A stretch of DNA of 46,796 nucleotides, from the sequence record SRR20825010_478; one strand, written 5' to 3'. Below the pieces are notes generated by a model. That model saw only the letters and a program-made list of their open reading frames with translations. It was not told the DNA's origin and made no database searches. Below, piece after piece: positions 30,035 to 39,236 of this stretch (its first letter is position 1; each line of letters begins with the position of its first letter). The translations under genes were made by a program, and so were the position numbers.

Positions 30035-30433
30035 GCAGGAAGCCGTCTGTTACCTGATACGTGAAGCGTATTGAGGTTGCAACAGTCCATGTGTACCCGC
30101 TTAGACGCTTGACGAAGCACATGGGGGCCACCAAACGTCTACCCAGCCAAACTGGCGAGCGGCCCCCTTGGGATTCACTTTCTCACGGTTGAAACGCCAG
30201 CACCATCGTGTGAATCGTGATGGCTTGGAGTGGTGGTGGACGCCCGTGCATTTGGCGTAGTCAAACGGATGAAACTCCGATTGTGACGATTGTTGCGTTT
30301 GCGTGAACCTGATGTGTGGACGGTCTTCGCATTGTCGCGGAAGTCTGCCGTGCGCGCACAAATGGAGGGCTAACTTTATAGTGCCCCGCTTTTCAAATTC
30401 TTCATGTTTCACACTAAGGTGGGGAGAATCCGT

Positions 30434-30859
30434 ATGAACAAAACTGAGCGTATTTTATTCGTGGATGATGACACCATCGTCCTTCGTGTGCTCAGACGCA
30501 GCATGGAAGAAGACTACGACGTTGAGACCGCCGATTCAGGGCTGAAGGCACTCGAAATTCTGCGAGGTACGTCGCCGATCAGCTGCGTGGTCAGTGACAT
30601 GAGAATGCCAATCATGGACGGCGTCGAATTGGTCCAGAAAATCTCGTTGGAATGGCCGGAGATTCCCTGCATCATCCTGACGGGCAACCAAGACGAAGAG
30701 AGCGAACGTCGCGCGATTGAAGAAGCAAACGTTTTTTGCTTGATGAACAAACCTTCGCCTCGTGGTGAAATCATCGAAGCGATCGAGGGTGCTCTGAAAT
30801 GTCGAAGTGAAAAGGAAGCTCCGGCGAAGTCGGATACTCATTTCACGATGAGTGCATGA
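30434..30859 (+). CDS. Single-domain response regulator receiver
   Basis: ILFVDDD, VVSDMRMP phospho-Asp, ILTG, NKP; GGGGAG RBS before ATG 30434. Confidence 0.92.
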   Translation: MNKTERILFVDDDTIVLRVLRRSMEEDYDVETADSGLKALEILRGTSPISCVVSDMRMPIMDGVELVQKISLEWPEIPCIILTGNQDEESERRAIEEANVFCLMNKPSPRGEIIEAIEGALKCRSEKEAPAKSDTHFTMSA

Positions 30860-30918
30860 TCGCCCGATCCTACGTGGCGACCAACCGGCGTCCGATCTTC
30901 CTACCCTAGGAAAGTATC

Positions 30919-33900
30919 ATGAAGCGTTCTCTCACCCTTGCACTATCAGTTGCTTGCGTCGGGATAGTGATGACGGCGGCGACAGTGAATGTCGTTCGTC
31001 GATCAACGATGCGGCACGACCAGGTCCGATTTGAGCATCTTGCAGATCGCTTGCACGGCGAGTTTCAACGTCGAATGCAGCAGAGTGAACTGGGATTGGT
31101 CGCGGTTCAGTGCCTCTTTTCGGCGAGTGAATCGGTTCGGTACGACGAATTCACCAACTTGCTTGCACAAATCAATTTCGAAGATGAATTCCTTGGCGCA
31201 GAAGCGTTTGGGTATCTGGAGATCGTGCCTGATACACCTGAGGCACTGGAATCACTTAGCGATGAACTGGTTGCCTCCGGTTTGCCTCCACTCCGTTTGT
31301 TGACTCCCAAAAGCGCTGGTATTCCCTACGATCAGGTTGGCGACGACCGTCTCATTCCCGCGAGATTCATTGTCAAATTTGTTCAGCCCGGAACACGCTT
31401 TTCGCAGGTGATCGGTTTGGACATGGGCGAAGATCTCTCTCGGCGAAAAACGGCCGAACTATCTGCGCGTACCGGACAGGCCTGTATCACCCCGCGACTG
31501 CAACTCGTCGGCGCGGATCCCAATGAGGTGAACTTCCTGTACATGGTTCCTCATTACCGAGGTCTTCCCACGACCGAGGCCGAGCGATTGGAATCAATCG
31601 TTGGTTGGGTTGGAATGGTCATCGACACGTCTGCTGTGTTTGAAGGGTTGGAAACCGCGACCGGGTCCGAACTCGGTTACCGTTTGTTCATTCAGGAAGG
31701 CGACAAAGGCAAATTTGAGGTTGCTTCCAGCGGTGAGTTGGGAGAGTCCTATGTGAACAGCTTCAAACACCATGCAGCGGAAAAAATTGCGGGGCAACGC
31801 TGGGATATCGAGATGTTCCCTACTCGAACTTTCGCGACCACCGCATCTTCATTGGTCTGGATGATCGGACTGGGTGGTGCCTGTTGCACGGCGTTGGTGT
31901 CCACACTGGTATTCCTTTTGAGCTCAAGCGCATACAGGGCCAATCGAGCCGCCGCGAAAATGACCGTGGATCTGCGTAAGTTGGCGATGGTCGCTCAGCG
32001 AACAACGAACTCCGTCATCATCACTGACGCGGAACGAAGAATTACGTGGGTCAACGAGGGATTCACACGAGTCAGCGGCTATGAACTTCACGAAGTGATC
32101 GGTAGGACACCCGGAAGTTTTTTGCAATGTGAAGAAACTGATCGTCGGACGATTGCAGAAATTCGAAAAGCACTCCGCAACAAAATTGGTTTCTATGGAG
32201 AGATGCTGAACCGTCGTAAGAGCGGAGAACACTACTGGGTGAACCTCGATATTCAGCCGCTTCACGATGTGGATGGTGAACACATTGGGTACTTGGCGAT
32301 CAAAAATGATGTCACCGAGGCTCATCAAGCTGCCGAAGAATTGAAGCAAGCCACTCAGCGAACAGAGTACGCACTGGACGGTGGCAGAATGTCGATCTGG
32401 GACTGGGACGTTCAGCAAGAACGAGTCTTCTACGACAGTCGCTGCTATTCAATTACAGGACATAGAACATCTAAGGATGGTGATCCGATCCAAGCTTGGT
32501 TCGATCGCATCCATGAAGACGATCTTGAGCACGTGGAAAGAGAGATCGGCCGCTGCGTTCAAGGTGAGACTGACGTTTTCCAAATTGAATGGCGATGCAG
32601 ACGTGCCGATGGCCAATTCAATTGGTTGTTTGCACGCGGTCAGGCGCTGCAGCGTGACAAGGACGGACGGGCAACGTTCCTTGCTGGAACGACGATGGAG
32701 ATCAACGAACGAAAGCGTGTGGAAGCGGCGCTCATTGAAAACACCAAGCGTTCGCAAGCGATGTTCAATTCGTCGCAAGACGCCATCTTGTTTCTGTCCG
32801 ACGGAGAACTACTGGATTGCAATCCAAGAGCGCTCGAGATGTTTGGATTCGACACCTTGGATGAAATGCGAAGTGTCAATGTGATTTCACTGTCACCAGA
32901 GTATCAGCCCGACGGGAAACGCTCTGACGTCGAGGGTGAGAAAATTATGGAGATGATTCGTCGGGATGGAAAGAAGCATTTCGAGTGGACTCACCAAACG
33001 AAGGACAAACAACCAATCGATTGCGACATTTCGGTTGTCTCATTCGAGTTGTCGGGACGCATCTACGAACAAGCGGTGATCCGTGACATTTCGAGCAAGA
33101 AGGAAATGCAGCGACAGTTGGCACAAACGCAAAAACTAGAAAGTATCGGTCAGCTTGCCGCGGGCGTCGCACACGAGATCAACACGCCGATGCAGTGCGT
33201 GTTTGGGAATGTGGAGTATCTCAACACGGCTTTTGACAAGGCATTCGACCTGATCAACTCCTACCGTGAACTACGCAACGATGAAAACCCAAGCGAGCTT
33301 GCGCAGGAAGTCGTGCCAAAGGCAGAAGCTTCTTGTCGATTTGATTCCTTGCAACGCAACATCACCGAGTCGATTCAGGAAGCTCACGACGCGTCGAATC
33401 GCGTGATTGATATCGTGCGAGCGATGAAGACAATGTCGCATCCCGGCACTTCAGACAAAAGCACAACGGATTTGAATCAACTGATTCGTGATGCAACCAC
33501 CGTGGCTCGCAATCATTGGAAATACGTTGCGAAGTTGGAGTTGGACTTGGATGAAACCGTCACGCCACTTCCTCTTTTTCCAGCTCAAATGAGTCAGGTG
33601 ATTCTGAACTTGGTGGTCAACTCCGCCGACGCGATCGAGGAACGAGTCGGCAACGACTCTCGCGAACTTGGGAACATTTCGGTTGCAACTCGTAACGCCG
33701 GAGATGACATACAAATCGTCGTGAGTGACACGGGCTCCGGTATGCCTGAAAGCGTCCAGTGCCGAGTCTTCGATCCGTTCTTTACGACGAAGGATGTTGG
33801 CAAGGGAACCGGGCAAGGACTGGCGATTGCGTATGACGTCGTGGTCAAGCAACACGGTGGAACGATCAAGGTAGATTCCACGCCTGGCGAAGGAACTCAG

Positions 33901-34011
33901 TTCACAATCACGCTTCCGACCAACGTCGATTCGGGAATCGGGCTGATTCTCGTAGAAAACGGAATCGGTTCTGGTGAAGCCGGGAATTTGATTGAAGCAA
34001 CCGTTGGATAG
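30919..34011 (+). CDS. CHASE / multi-PAS sensor histidine kinase
   Basis: TM - CHASE-like region (VIGLDM...R...AELSARTG) - TM - three PAS/PAC - QKLESIGQLAAGVAHEINTP - FDPFFTTKDVGKGTGQGL. Confidence 0.93.
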   Translation: MKRSLTLALSVACVGIVMTAATVNVVRRSTMRHDQVRFEHLADRLHGEFQRRMQQSELGLVAVQCLFSASESVRYDEFTNLLAQINFEDEFLGAEAFGYLEIVPDTPEALESLSDELVASGLPPLRLLTPKSAGIPYDQVGDDRLIPARFIVKFVQPGTRFSQVIGLDMGEDLSRRKTAELSARTGQACITPRLQLVGADPNEVNFLYMVPHYRGLPTTEAERLESIVGWVGMVIDTSAVFEGLETATGSELGYRLFIQEGDKGKFEVASSGELGESYVNSFKHHAAEKIAGQRWDIEMFPTRTFATTASSLVWMIGLGGACCTALVSTLVFLLSSSAYRANRAAAKMTVDLRKLAMVAQRTTNSVIITDAERRITWVNEGFTRVSGYELHEVIGRTPGSFLQCEETDRRTIAEIRKALRNKIGFYGEMLNRRKSGEHYWVNLDIQPLHDVDGEHIGYLAIKNDVTEAHQAAEELKQATQRTEYALDGGRMSIWDWDVQQERVFYDSRCYSITGHRTSKDGDPIQAWFDRIHEDDLEHVEREIGRCVQGETDVFQIEWRCRRADGQFNWLFARGQALQRDKDGRATFLAGTTMEINERKRVEAALIENTKRSQAMFNSSQDAILFLSDGELLDCNPRALEMFGFDTLDEMRSVNVISLSPEYQPDGKRSDVEGEKIMEMIRRDGKKHFEWTHQTKDKQPIDCDISVVSFELSGRIYEQAVIRDISSKKEMQRQLAQTQKLESIGQLAAGVAHEINTPMQCVFGNVEYLNTAFDKAFDLINSYRELRNDENPSELAQEVVPKAEASCRFDSLQRNITESIQEAHDASNRVIDIVRAMKTMSHPGTSDKSTTDLNQLIRDATTVARNHWKYVAKLELDLDETVTPLPLFPAQMSQVILNLVVNSADAIEERVGNDSRELGNISVATRNAGDDIQIVVSDTGSGMPESVQCRVFDPFFTTKDVGKGTGQGLAIAYDVVVKQHGGTIKVDSTPGEGTQFTITLPTNVDSGIGLILVENGIGSGEAGNLIEATVG

Positions 34012-34021
34012 TATGGCGGTT

Positions 34022-34897
34022 TTATTCCGTAGCCGTTCCTGACTCTTCGGGTTGAATCGGTCGAGCGAACAGAATGCCCTCCAATCGATCGTAGTACCGA
34101 TTGCCGGTGGCTTCTTCCGAATCGACCAAGTTGTGCCATCGTTTGCTGGTCAGACTCCACTTGTATCCGGTAACGTCTCCGTTGTCGTTTAGCCGGAATT
34201 GCATGACACCGGATCCAATTCCAGTTTGTGAAATGGCATCGACCCGGCTGTCGGCCTGATGGCGAGTGTCTAGCTGTTTCGTGTGAGCACCGTTCGACGA
34301 ATCGAAAACACGGACCTGGATTGTCGAGTCATCCTGCGGAGGTTCAATCTCCCAAGCCACCATGATGTGTCCTGTGCTCGTGTTGTTTCGCTCGACACGC
34401 CAGGAATCATCGTACCGAGCGACGATCAAATCACCTGGCTTCAGGTCTGCAGCACAGCGGAAGACCAACCAATCATCGGGTTGCTGCTCGTCAAAATAGT
34501 CGTAGAACAATCCCGCAAGTGGCCGGGTCATCCACATGCGGCCATCGTCGGCCGATGGAATTGAGGTTCGATTTTTCTTCAGGTGTTCTTCGATCGCCTG
34601 ATAGTGACCGGGCAATGCATTCTTCAGCAACACTTCACCGACGAAACCGCTGCAGTCAAATTTTACCACGCCGTTTTCGAGGTCAATGACCTTATCCTTC
34701 CGATGCGTGTATTCGGTCACTTTCAAATTCGACCACACGTTTTTGACTTCGTTGACCAGCAGGATCCGCGGCGTGTTTCCGTCCAAAGGAGTGGTGTCAA
34801 TGATGACTGGCGGTGTTGGCGTCTTCTTCGTCGAGGCGGACGGTGAACCGACTTCGAAAAGGACGACCAGAGCAACAAGGATCGCAGAATTTGGCAT
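34022..34897 (-). CDS. Secreted hypothetical protein with NlpC/P60-like motifs
   Basis: Signal-like N-terminus; FDCSGFV, LKPGDLIV, TGHIMV in the expected order. Confidence 0.65.
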   Translation of the reverse strand: MPNSAILVALVVLFEVGSPSASTKKTPTPPVIIDTTPLDGNTPRILLVNEVKNVWSNLKVTEYTHRKDKVIDLENGVVKFDCSGFVGEVLLKNALPGHYQAIEEHLKKNRTSIPSADDGRMWMTRPLAGLFYDYFDEQQPDDWLVFRCAADLKPGDLIVARYDDSWRVERNNTSTGHIMVAWEIEPPQDDSTIQVRVFDSSNGAHTKQLDTRHQADSRVDAISQTGIGSGVMQFRLNDNGDVTGYKWSLTSKRWHNLVDSEEATGNRYYDRLEGILFARPIQPEESGTATE

Positions 34898-34964
34898 GAA
34901 TCAATCTGTGTGGGCGGTTGCCAAGATGAAGAGCCACCTCGGCGGAGGGAACCGCATTGTACGC

Positions 34965-35492
34965 TCAATTCAAATCGCTGTCGGGCGGTCGGGAGACATT
35001 CGTCTCACGACTCGTGCCGTTGCTACTCAGGTAGAAAATACAACCGTTGCGAAAACGCACGTATCCCAGGCAGATCGTGAGAATGCAGTAGGCAAGGACG
35101 GATAGCGTCGTGGCTCCCGATTGAAAAAGTCGGGGCGTGTCCAAGTGCGGATCGCCTGCTACCCAAGCCAACGCAAGATAGCTGCCGTTTGCGAGAATAC
35201 AAAAGTCCGCCACGAACCACACTGGGCGTCTTCGGATTACCGCCGCGGCGAAGACCGGAACAACGACACCCAGGATCGGGCCCGACCACAAAGTCAGCAA
35301 CGGATGCGGGTCAGGCGAATGGATCGAATATGGAAGCCGCCAAGGCGACAATTCCAAATCAACCAAGTTCGCACCGCCACTCCATCCGCCAACAACATGC
35401 CCAAGTTCATGAGTCAATGTCATGACGATCCAGCTTACCACCAGCAAGCACGTGAACCGAACGCCGACGTGTATACGGACGGGATTTGACAT
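34965..35492 (-). CDS. Small membrane protein with HExxH (peptidase M50-like)
   Basis: THELGH inside a hydrophobic segment, WSGP, several TM helices; ATG 35492 lies 8 nt after the VOC stop. Confidence 0.7.
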   Translation of the reverse strand: MSNPVRIHVGVRFTCLLVVSWIVMTLTHELGHVVGGWSGGANLVDLELSPWRLPYSIHSPDPHPLLTLWSGPILGVVVPVFAAAVIRRRPVWFVADFCILANGSYLALAWVAGDPHLDTPRLFQSGATTLSVLAYCILTICLGYVRFRNGCIFYLSSNGTSRETNVSRPPDSDLN

Positions 35493-35500
35493 CCAACCGG

Positions 35501-35917
35501 CTACTGCGGCCCCGTCATTTCCCAAATCACGCCACGCGTTTTCGTGGGATCTATGAAGCCGGCCTTCTTGCCGAGCACACCATCGTGAGGCGTCTCGTTC
35601 TTAGGCGACATGCCACGATCTGGTAGCTCGGCAAAGGTTGCTCGAACGTCTCTGGTCTCGAAACACAGATGGTGAAGTCCTTCACCGTTTTGATTCAGAT
35701 GGTCCATCAGCGGATGATCATCGGTCAATGGCTGAACCAATTGCAGATGCAGATTGCCCATGTCCAAATGTGTTAGCCGAACGTTTCCTGATTCGATCTT
35801 TTCGTCGATCACGACCGGAAGTCCCAGCTGATCGCGGTAGAACGAGAGGGCTTCATCAGTGTTGCGTACCACAATCGCGATGTGATCGAGTTTTTTAAAC
35901 AGTGGTGGCTGAGACAC
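35501..35917 (-). CDS. VOC family protein (methylmalonyl-CoA epimerase-like)
   Basis: LDHIAIVV, LQLVQP, GEGLHHLCF, GVIWE giving a His/Gln/His/Glu metal-ligand set. Confidence 0.88.
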   Translation of the reverse strand: MSQPPLFKKLDHIAIVVRNTDEALSFYRDQLGLPVVIDEKIESGNVRLTHLDMGNLHLQLVQPLTDDHPLMDHLNQNGEGLHHLCFETRDVRATFAELPDRGMSPKNETPHDGVLGKKAGFIDPTKTRGVIWEMTGPQ

Positions 35918-35940
35918 GGGAACCTCGGTGAAGAAAAGTA

Positions 35941-37341
35941 TTAAGCTTTGAGTTTTTGAAATGCTTCGAGCAACGCGTTTGTGCCACCAACGTTTCCGGG
36001 AAAAACGACGTACGCAATTCCCGGGAAATGACTATCAGCCGGCATCTTCCAGACCGGAACACCTGGAAGGATTTGACCGAGCACCATTGCGTGTTTGGCC
36101 TGCAAACCCTTGGTTGCAACGTCGCTTGAGGTGATACCACCCTTGGCGATCAAGAACCGCGGACGCTTGGTGAGCCTTCTGACCACTGAAACCAATGCGT
36201 CCGAAACGCGATTGCCGATCGACAAACTGGACGCAGCATCGGTGCCGGTCACCAATTTACGTGAGGATGATAAGACGACGTTGGCTGATTGAAGCGATTC
36301 ATTCACCAACTGGGTCACTTCCAACAGATACGACTCGCTGTCATCGGCAAGTAGCTTGTCCACGTCCAATACAACCGACTTCAAGGTGGGTTCACTTTCG
36401 AGCAGCGACGCGAGTTGCTGTGTTGTTTTGGGAACGTAGGATCCAACGACAACCAGACCGGTCTTCGTGTTGCCATCGACCATTTCATCCGGCGTCAGCA
36501 ATTCGCGTGGTTCCAACCCCGCAAAGGCCTGTACGAAACTTGCCGCCGTACGATAGACAAACGTCTGTCCCTTTTGTTCAGCATTCTGAGCGGCTAGCAC
36601 AAAGGCTTCCATGTCTCGCATGCACGCCGCATTGACAATGCAGACGGAACCCGGCGATAGATTGGCTAACCGATCAGTCAGTGACGACAGATCGGACGAG
36701 CGAAGTTCATTCAAACTAACCGAAGCGATTTGGTCGGCATCGATGTTGCCGTTGTGCTTTTCAATCACCCATTGTTTCAGATCGCTATTCTGGAAGCCGA
36801 ACGCGGCGTCCTGAGCAAACGGGGTTTCCGCAGCGGGGACCAATTGCTCATCCTCGGCGACGTAGTGAACGTCACCGATCGTGTAGCGACCTCCCTGTAA
36901 GAAGAAGGGGGCAATCACATGAACTGCGTCGGAAGTGCCGACCGCGGCCGCAATCGCGTCCACTTCGGCCGGGTAATGACCACGAAGGGTCGAGTCGCTG
37001 CGGCTAACAACCACGAACTTTTGCTTGGTCCGCTGAGCGGCCTCGTTCAGGTTGGCTCCGATTTCGTTTGCCAACTTGATCGCATCAGGCTCGGTCAATG
37101 AACGAGAATTGGTGAGGATGTAAAACAAGGTCCCGGGTGAGGTGAATGCCGCGGCTAGTTCGTCCACACCCCACGTGGTCAAAACCGGCGTGTCGTAGAC
37201 CGTCTGCGTTCCTGTTGGATCATCGTCCAATACGACGATCTTGCGATTCGATTTGTCATTGTTGTCACGGATCTGCGCAATCAATGATTCCGAGCGTTCT
37301 TCCGCGATGCCTTCGAGGGCTTCCGAGAGGGTTTGTGTCAT
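35941..37341 (-). CDS. Four-carbon acid-sugar kinase family protein (DUF1537/YgbK)
   Basis: VVLDDDPTG, TNSRSL, SRSDSTLRGH, VVGSY, AKGGITSSD, VFPGNVG; ATG 37341 preferred. Confidence 0.92.
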   Translation of the reverse strand: MTQTLSEALEGIAEERSESLIAQIRDNNDKSNRKIVVLDDDPTGTQTVYDTPVLTTWGVDELAAAFTSPGTLFYILTNSRSLTEPDAIKLANEIGANLNEAAQRTKQKFVVVSRSDSTLRGHYPAEVDAIAAAVGTSDAVHVIAPFFLQGGRYTIGDVHYVAEDEQLVPAAETPFAQDAAFGFQNSDLKQWVIEKHNGNIDADQIASVSLNELRSSDLSSLTDRLANLSPGSVCIVNAACMRDMEAFVLAAQNAEQKGQTFVYRTAASFVQAFAGLEPRELLTPDEMVDGNTKTGLVVVGSYVPKTTQQLASLLESEPTLKSVVLDVDKLLADDSESYLLEVTQLVNESLQSANVVLSSSRKLVTGTDAASSLSIGNRVSDALVSVVRRLTKRPRFLIAKGGITSSDVATKGLQAKHAMVLGQILPGVPVWKMPADSHFPGIAYVVFPGNVGGTNALLEAFQKLKA

Positions 37342-37400
37342 GGCAAAAAGGTTGAAAAAGAACGTGGATGAACGGCTGAATGCGACGGTTGTATTAGCTA

Positions 37401-37427
37401 CCAAGCACGTCGGCAGGAATGATCGGG
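37401..37427 (+). repeat. Copy 2 of the 27-bp intergenic repeat (CCAAGCACGTCGGCAGGAATGATCGGG), between the cyclase and kinase genes
   Basis: 25/27 identity to the reverse complement of 3-29. Confidence 0.85.
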
Positions 37428-37542
37428 AAAAGCCATGTGAGCCATTTGGGCGTTAGCCCCGGTTGTACGTGGGAACAGTGGCGTCTGTCATAACAGTTCA
37501 AATGCCGAAACACTTCTGACGACATTCTTAATCGCGGCGGAC

Positions 37543-38190
37543 TCAGGATTCGATCGGACAATCCAACAGAGCAAACGCGCGACAAGGCGCGCCGTCGCCA
37601 CCGGCAACCTTGAGCGGAGTGGCACCAAACAAACACTTTGGCTCTGTAAGCGATTCCAAATTTGTCAGCCCTTCAACGATGATCACGTTGCCTCCGAGCA
37701 GAATCTGGTGGATCTCGGTGACGGCGGGCAAATTGTTGACATCTGCGACCGATGGTGGTTCCACACCAATCAACCGAACCTTTCGCTCAACCATCCAGCG
37801 TGCAAGCTCGGGACTGATCGGCTGAAAGTTGTCTCGATAGTAGGCTGGATCCCCAACGTGCTGGCTCCACATTGTCCGGAACAAGAGTGCATCGCCGGGT
37901 GGAAAGGTTTCCGCTAGATCGCCGAGGTGGGCGATCTCGATCGGTGTCTTCGGCGGCAAATGGGCTAGATCGACAATCCACGCTATTCCGAAACAATCTT
38001 GCAGAGGAATCTGGTCGATTGTTTGTTCGCTCGCTTCGAAATGCAGCGGGGCGTCCATGTGCGTGCCGCAATGCGAATAGAGGTGCAGCGTGCTTGCGTT
38101 CCAACCATCCTTGGCCTTGGTGAACTTGCTCTCCCATTCGAAGCCTCGCATGCCTGGTTCGATACGAAGCGTTAAATCAATCACTTTCAT
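37543..38190 (-). CDS. Cyclase family metal-dependent hydrolase (kynurenine formamidase-like)
   Basis: HCGTHMDAPLHF (HxGTHxDxPxH), IHQILL, IVEGLTNL, GGDGAPCRA; ATGA overlap with the upstream stop. Confidence 0.92.
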   Translation of the reverse strand: MKVIDLTLRIEPGMRGFEWESKFTKAKDGWNASTLHLYSHCGTHMDAPLHFEASEQTIDQIPLQDCFGIAWIVDLAHLPPKTPIEIAHLGDLAETFPPGDALLFRTMWSQHVGDPAYYRDNFQPISPELARWMVERKVRLIGVEPPSVADVNNLPAVTEIHQILLGGNVIIVEGLTNLESLTEPKCLFGATPLKVAGGDGAPCRAFALLDCPIES

Positions 38191-39236
38191 ACCCGCGGTG
38201 ACTCCCAGCATCCGGACTCGGAGGACGCATACATGGCTTCCTGCACCGCCAAACTTTTCAAATAGTTCGGGCCATCTGTTTCGAATGCTTCGCCGGTCGA
38301 AAGGTTGTCAATGAAGTTTCGCTGCGTCGCGAAAACACAGTCTCCGGCAAAACCATGTTGGCTGGGTGAATAGACATGTTCGCGTTCGGATTCCCCCAAA
38401 CCCTGAATCGTCAGGCGTCCATCGTCGTACAATCGAATGCTACCGCCGTCACCTTCCAGCAGAACTTCGCCAAATGTATAGCGAGGATTCTTCGAGGTGG
38501 ATTCATTGAAGCGGTTCGCGTCGTAAAGCCCCATCGCTCCGCCCTCAAAACGAAACACTCCAACGGCGGTGTCTTCGCCCGCGATGACTGGATTGAGTTT
38601 GCGATGCCAGCACCAGGTTTGTTCGATTTCGCCGCCGAGATACCGGAAGGTATCGATCGTGTGAATGCCAGCTTCGAAAATCAGGAACTTTTCCATCGTC
38701 TGAAAGTATGGCTGGCGAGCAAGATACGCCTCGGGGCCGTGCCCGTCGCCCGCACGGTTACGGAATGATAGCGAATGCAAACGATTGCCAATCACGCCAT
38801 CTTCCATCAACCGTTTCATTTCGCGATACCAAGGTTGAAAGCGAAAGTTTTCGTGCACCATAAAGCGGATACCGCGTTCCTCCACCAACGACACCATTTC
38901 GCGAGCTTCCTGCACCGTGGGGGCCAACGGCTTTTGGCAGATGATTGCGATTCCGCGTTGCGAGATTTCGTCGACTAATTCCAGATGCGTATCTGGACGC
39001 GTGATGATGTCTACGAAGTCGACTTGATGTTGGTCGAGCATCTGTCGGTAGTCCGAATAGACGGACTTCACACCGTGTGTTTGAGCCACATCGTTCGCTT
39101 TTTCCATGTCGACGTCGCAACAAGAAACGATCTCAACATCCGGCATTCTTTTCCAGGCGTCATAGTGAAACTGGCTGAAGTAGCCGGCTCCAATCACGGC
39201 GCCTCGGTAGGTTCGTCCATCGGGTTGTGAACTCAT
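38187..39236 (-). CDS. Gfo/Idh/MocA NAD(P)-dependent sugar dehydrogenase (ApsD-like subfamily)
   Basis: AVIGAGYF, DFVDIIT, ICQKP, MVHENFRFQ, GIHTID, NPVIAGED. Confidence 0.9.
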   Translation of the reverse strand: MSSQPDGRTYRGAVIGAGYFSQFHYDAWKRMPDVEIVSCCDVDMEKANDVAQTHGVKSVYSDYRQMLDQHQVDFVDIITRPDTHLELVDEISQRGIAIICQKPLAPTVQEAREMVSLVEERGIRFMVHENFRFQPWYREMKRLMEDGVIGNRLHSLSFRNRAGDGHGPEAYLARQPYFQTMEKFLIFEAGIHTIDTFRYLGGEIEQTWCWHRKLNPVIAGEDTAVGVFRFEGGAMGLYDANRFNESTSKNPRYTFGEVLLEGDGGSIRLYDDGRLTIQGLGESEREHVYSPSQHGFAGDCVFATQRNFIDNLSTGEAFETDGPNYLKSLAVQEAMYASSESGCWESPRV

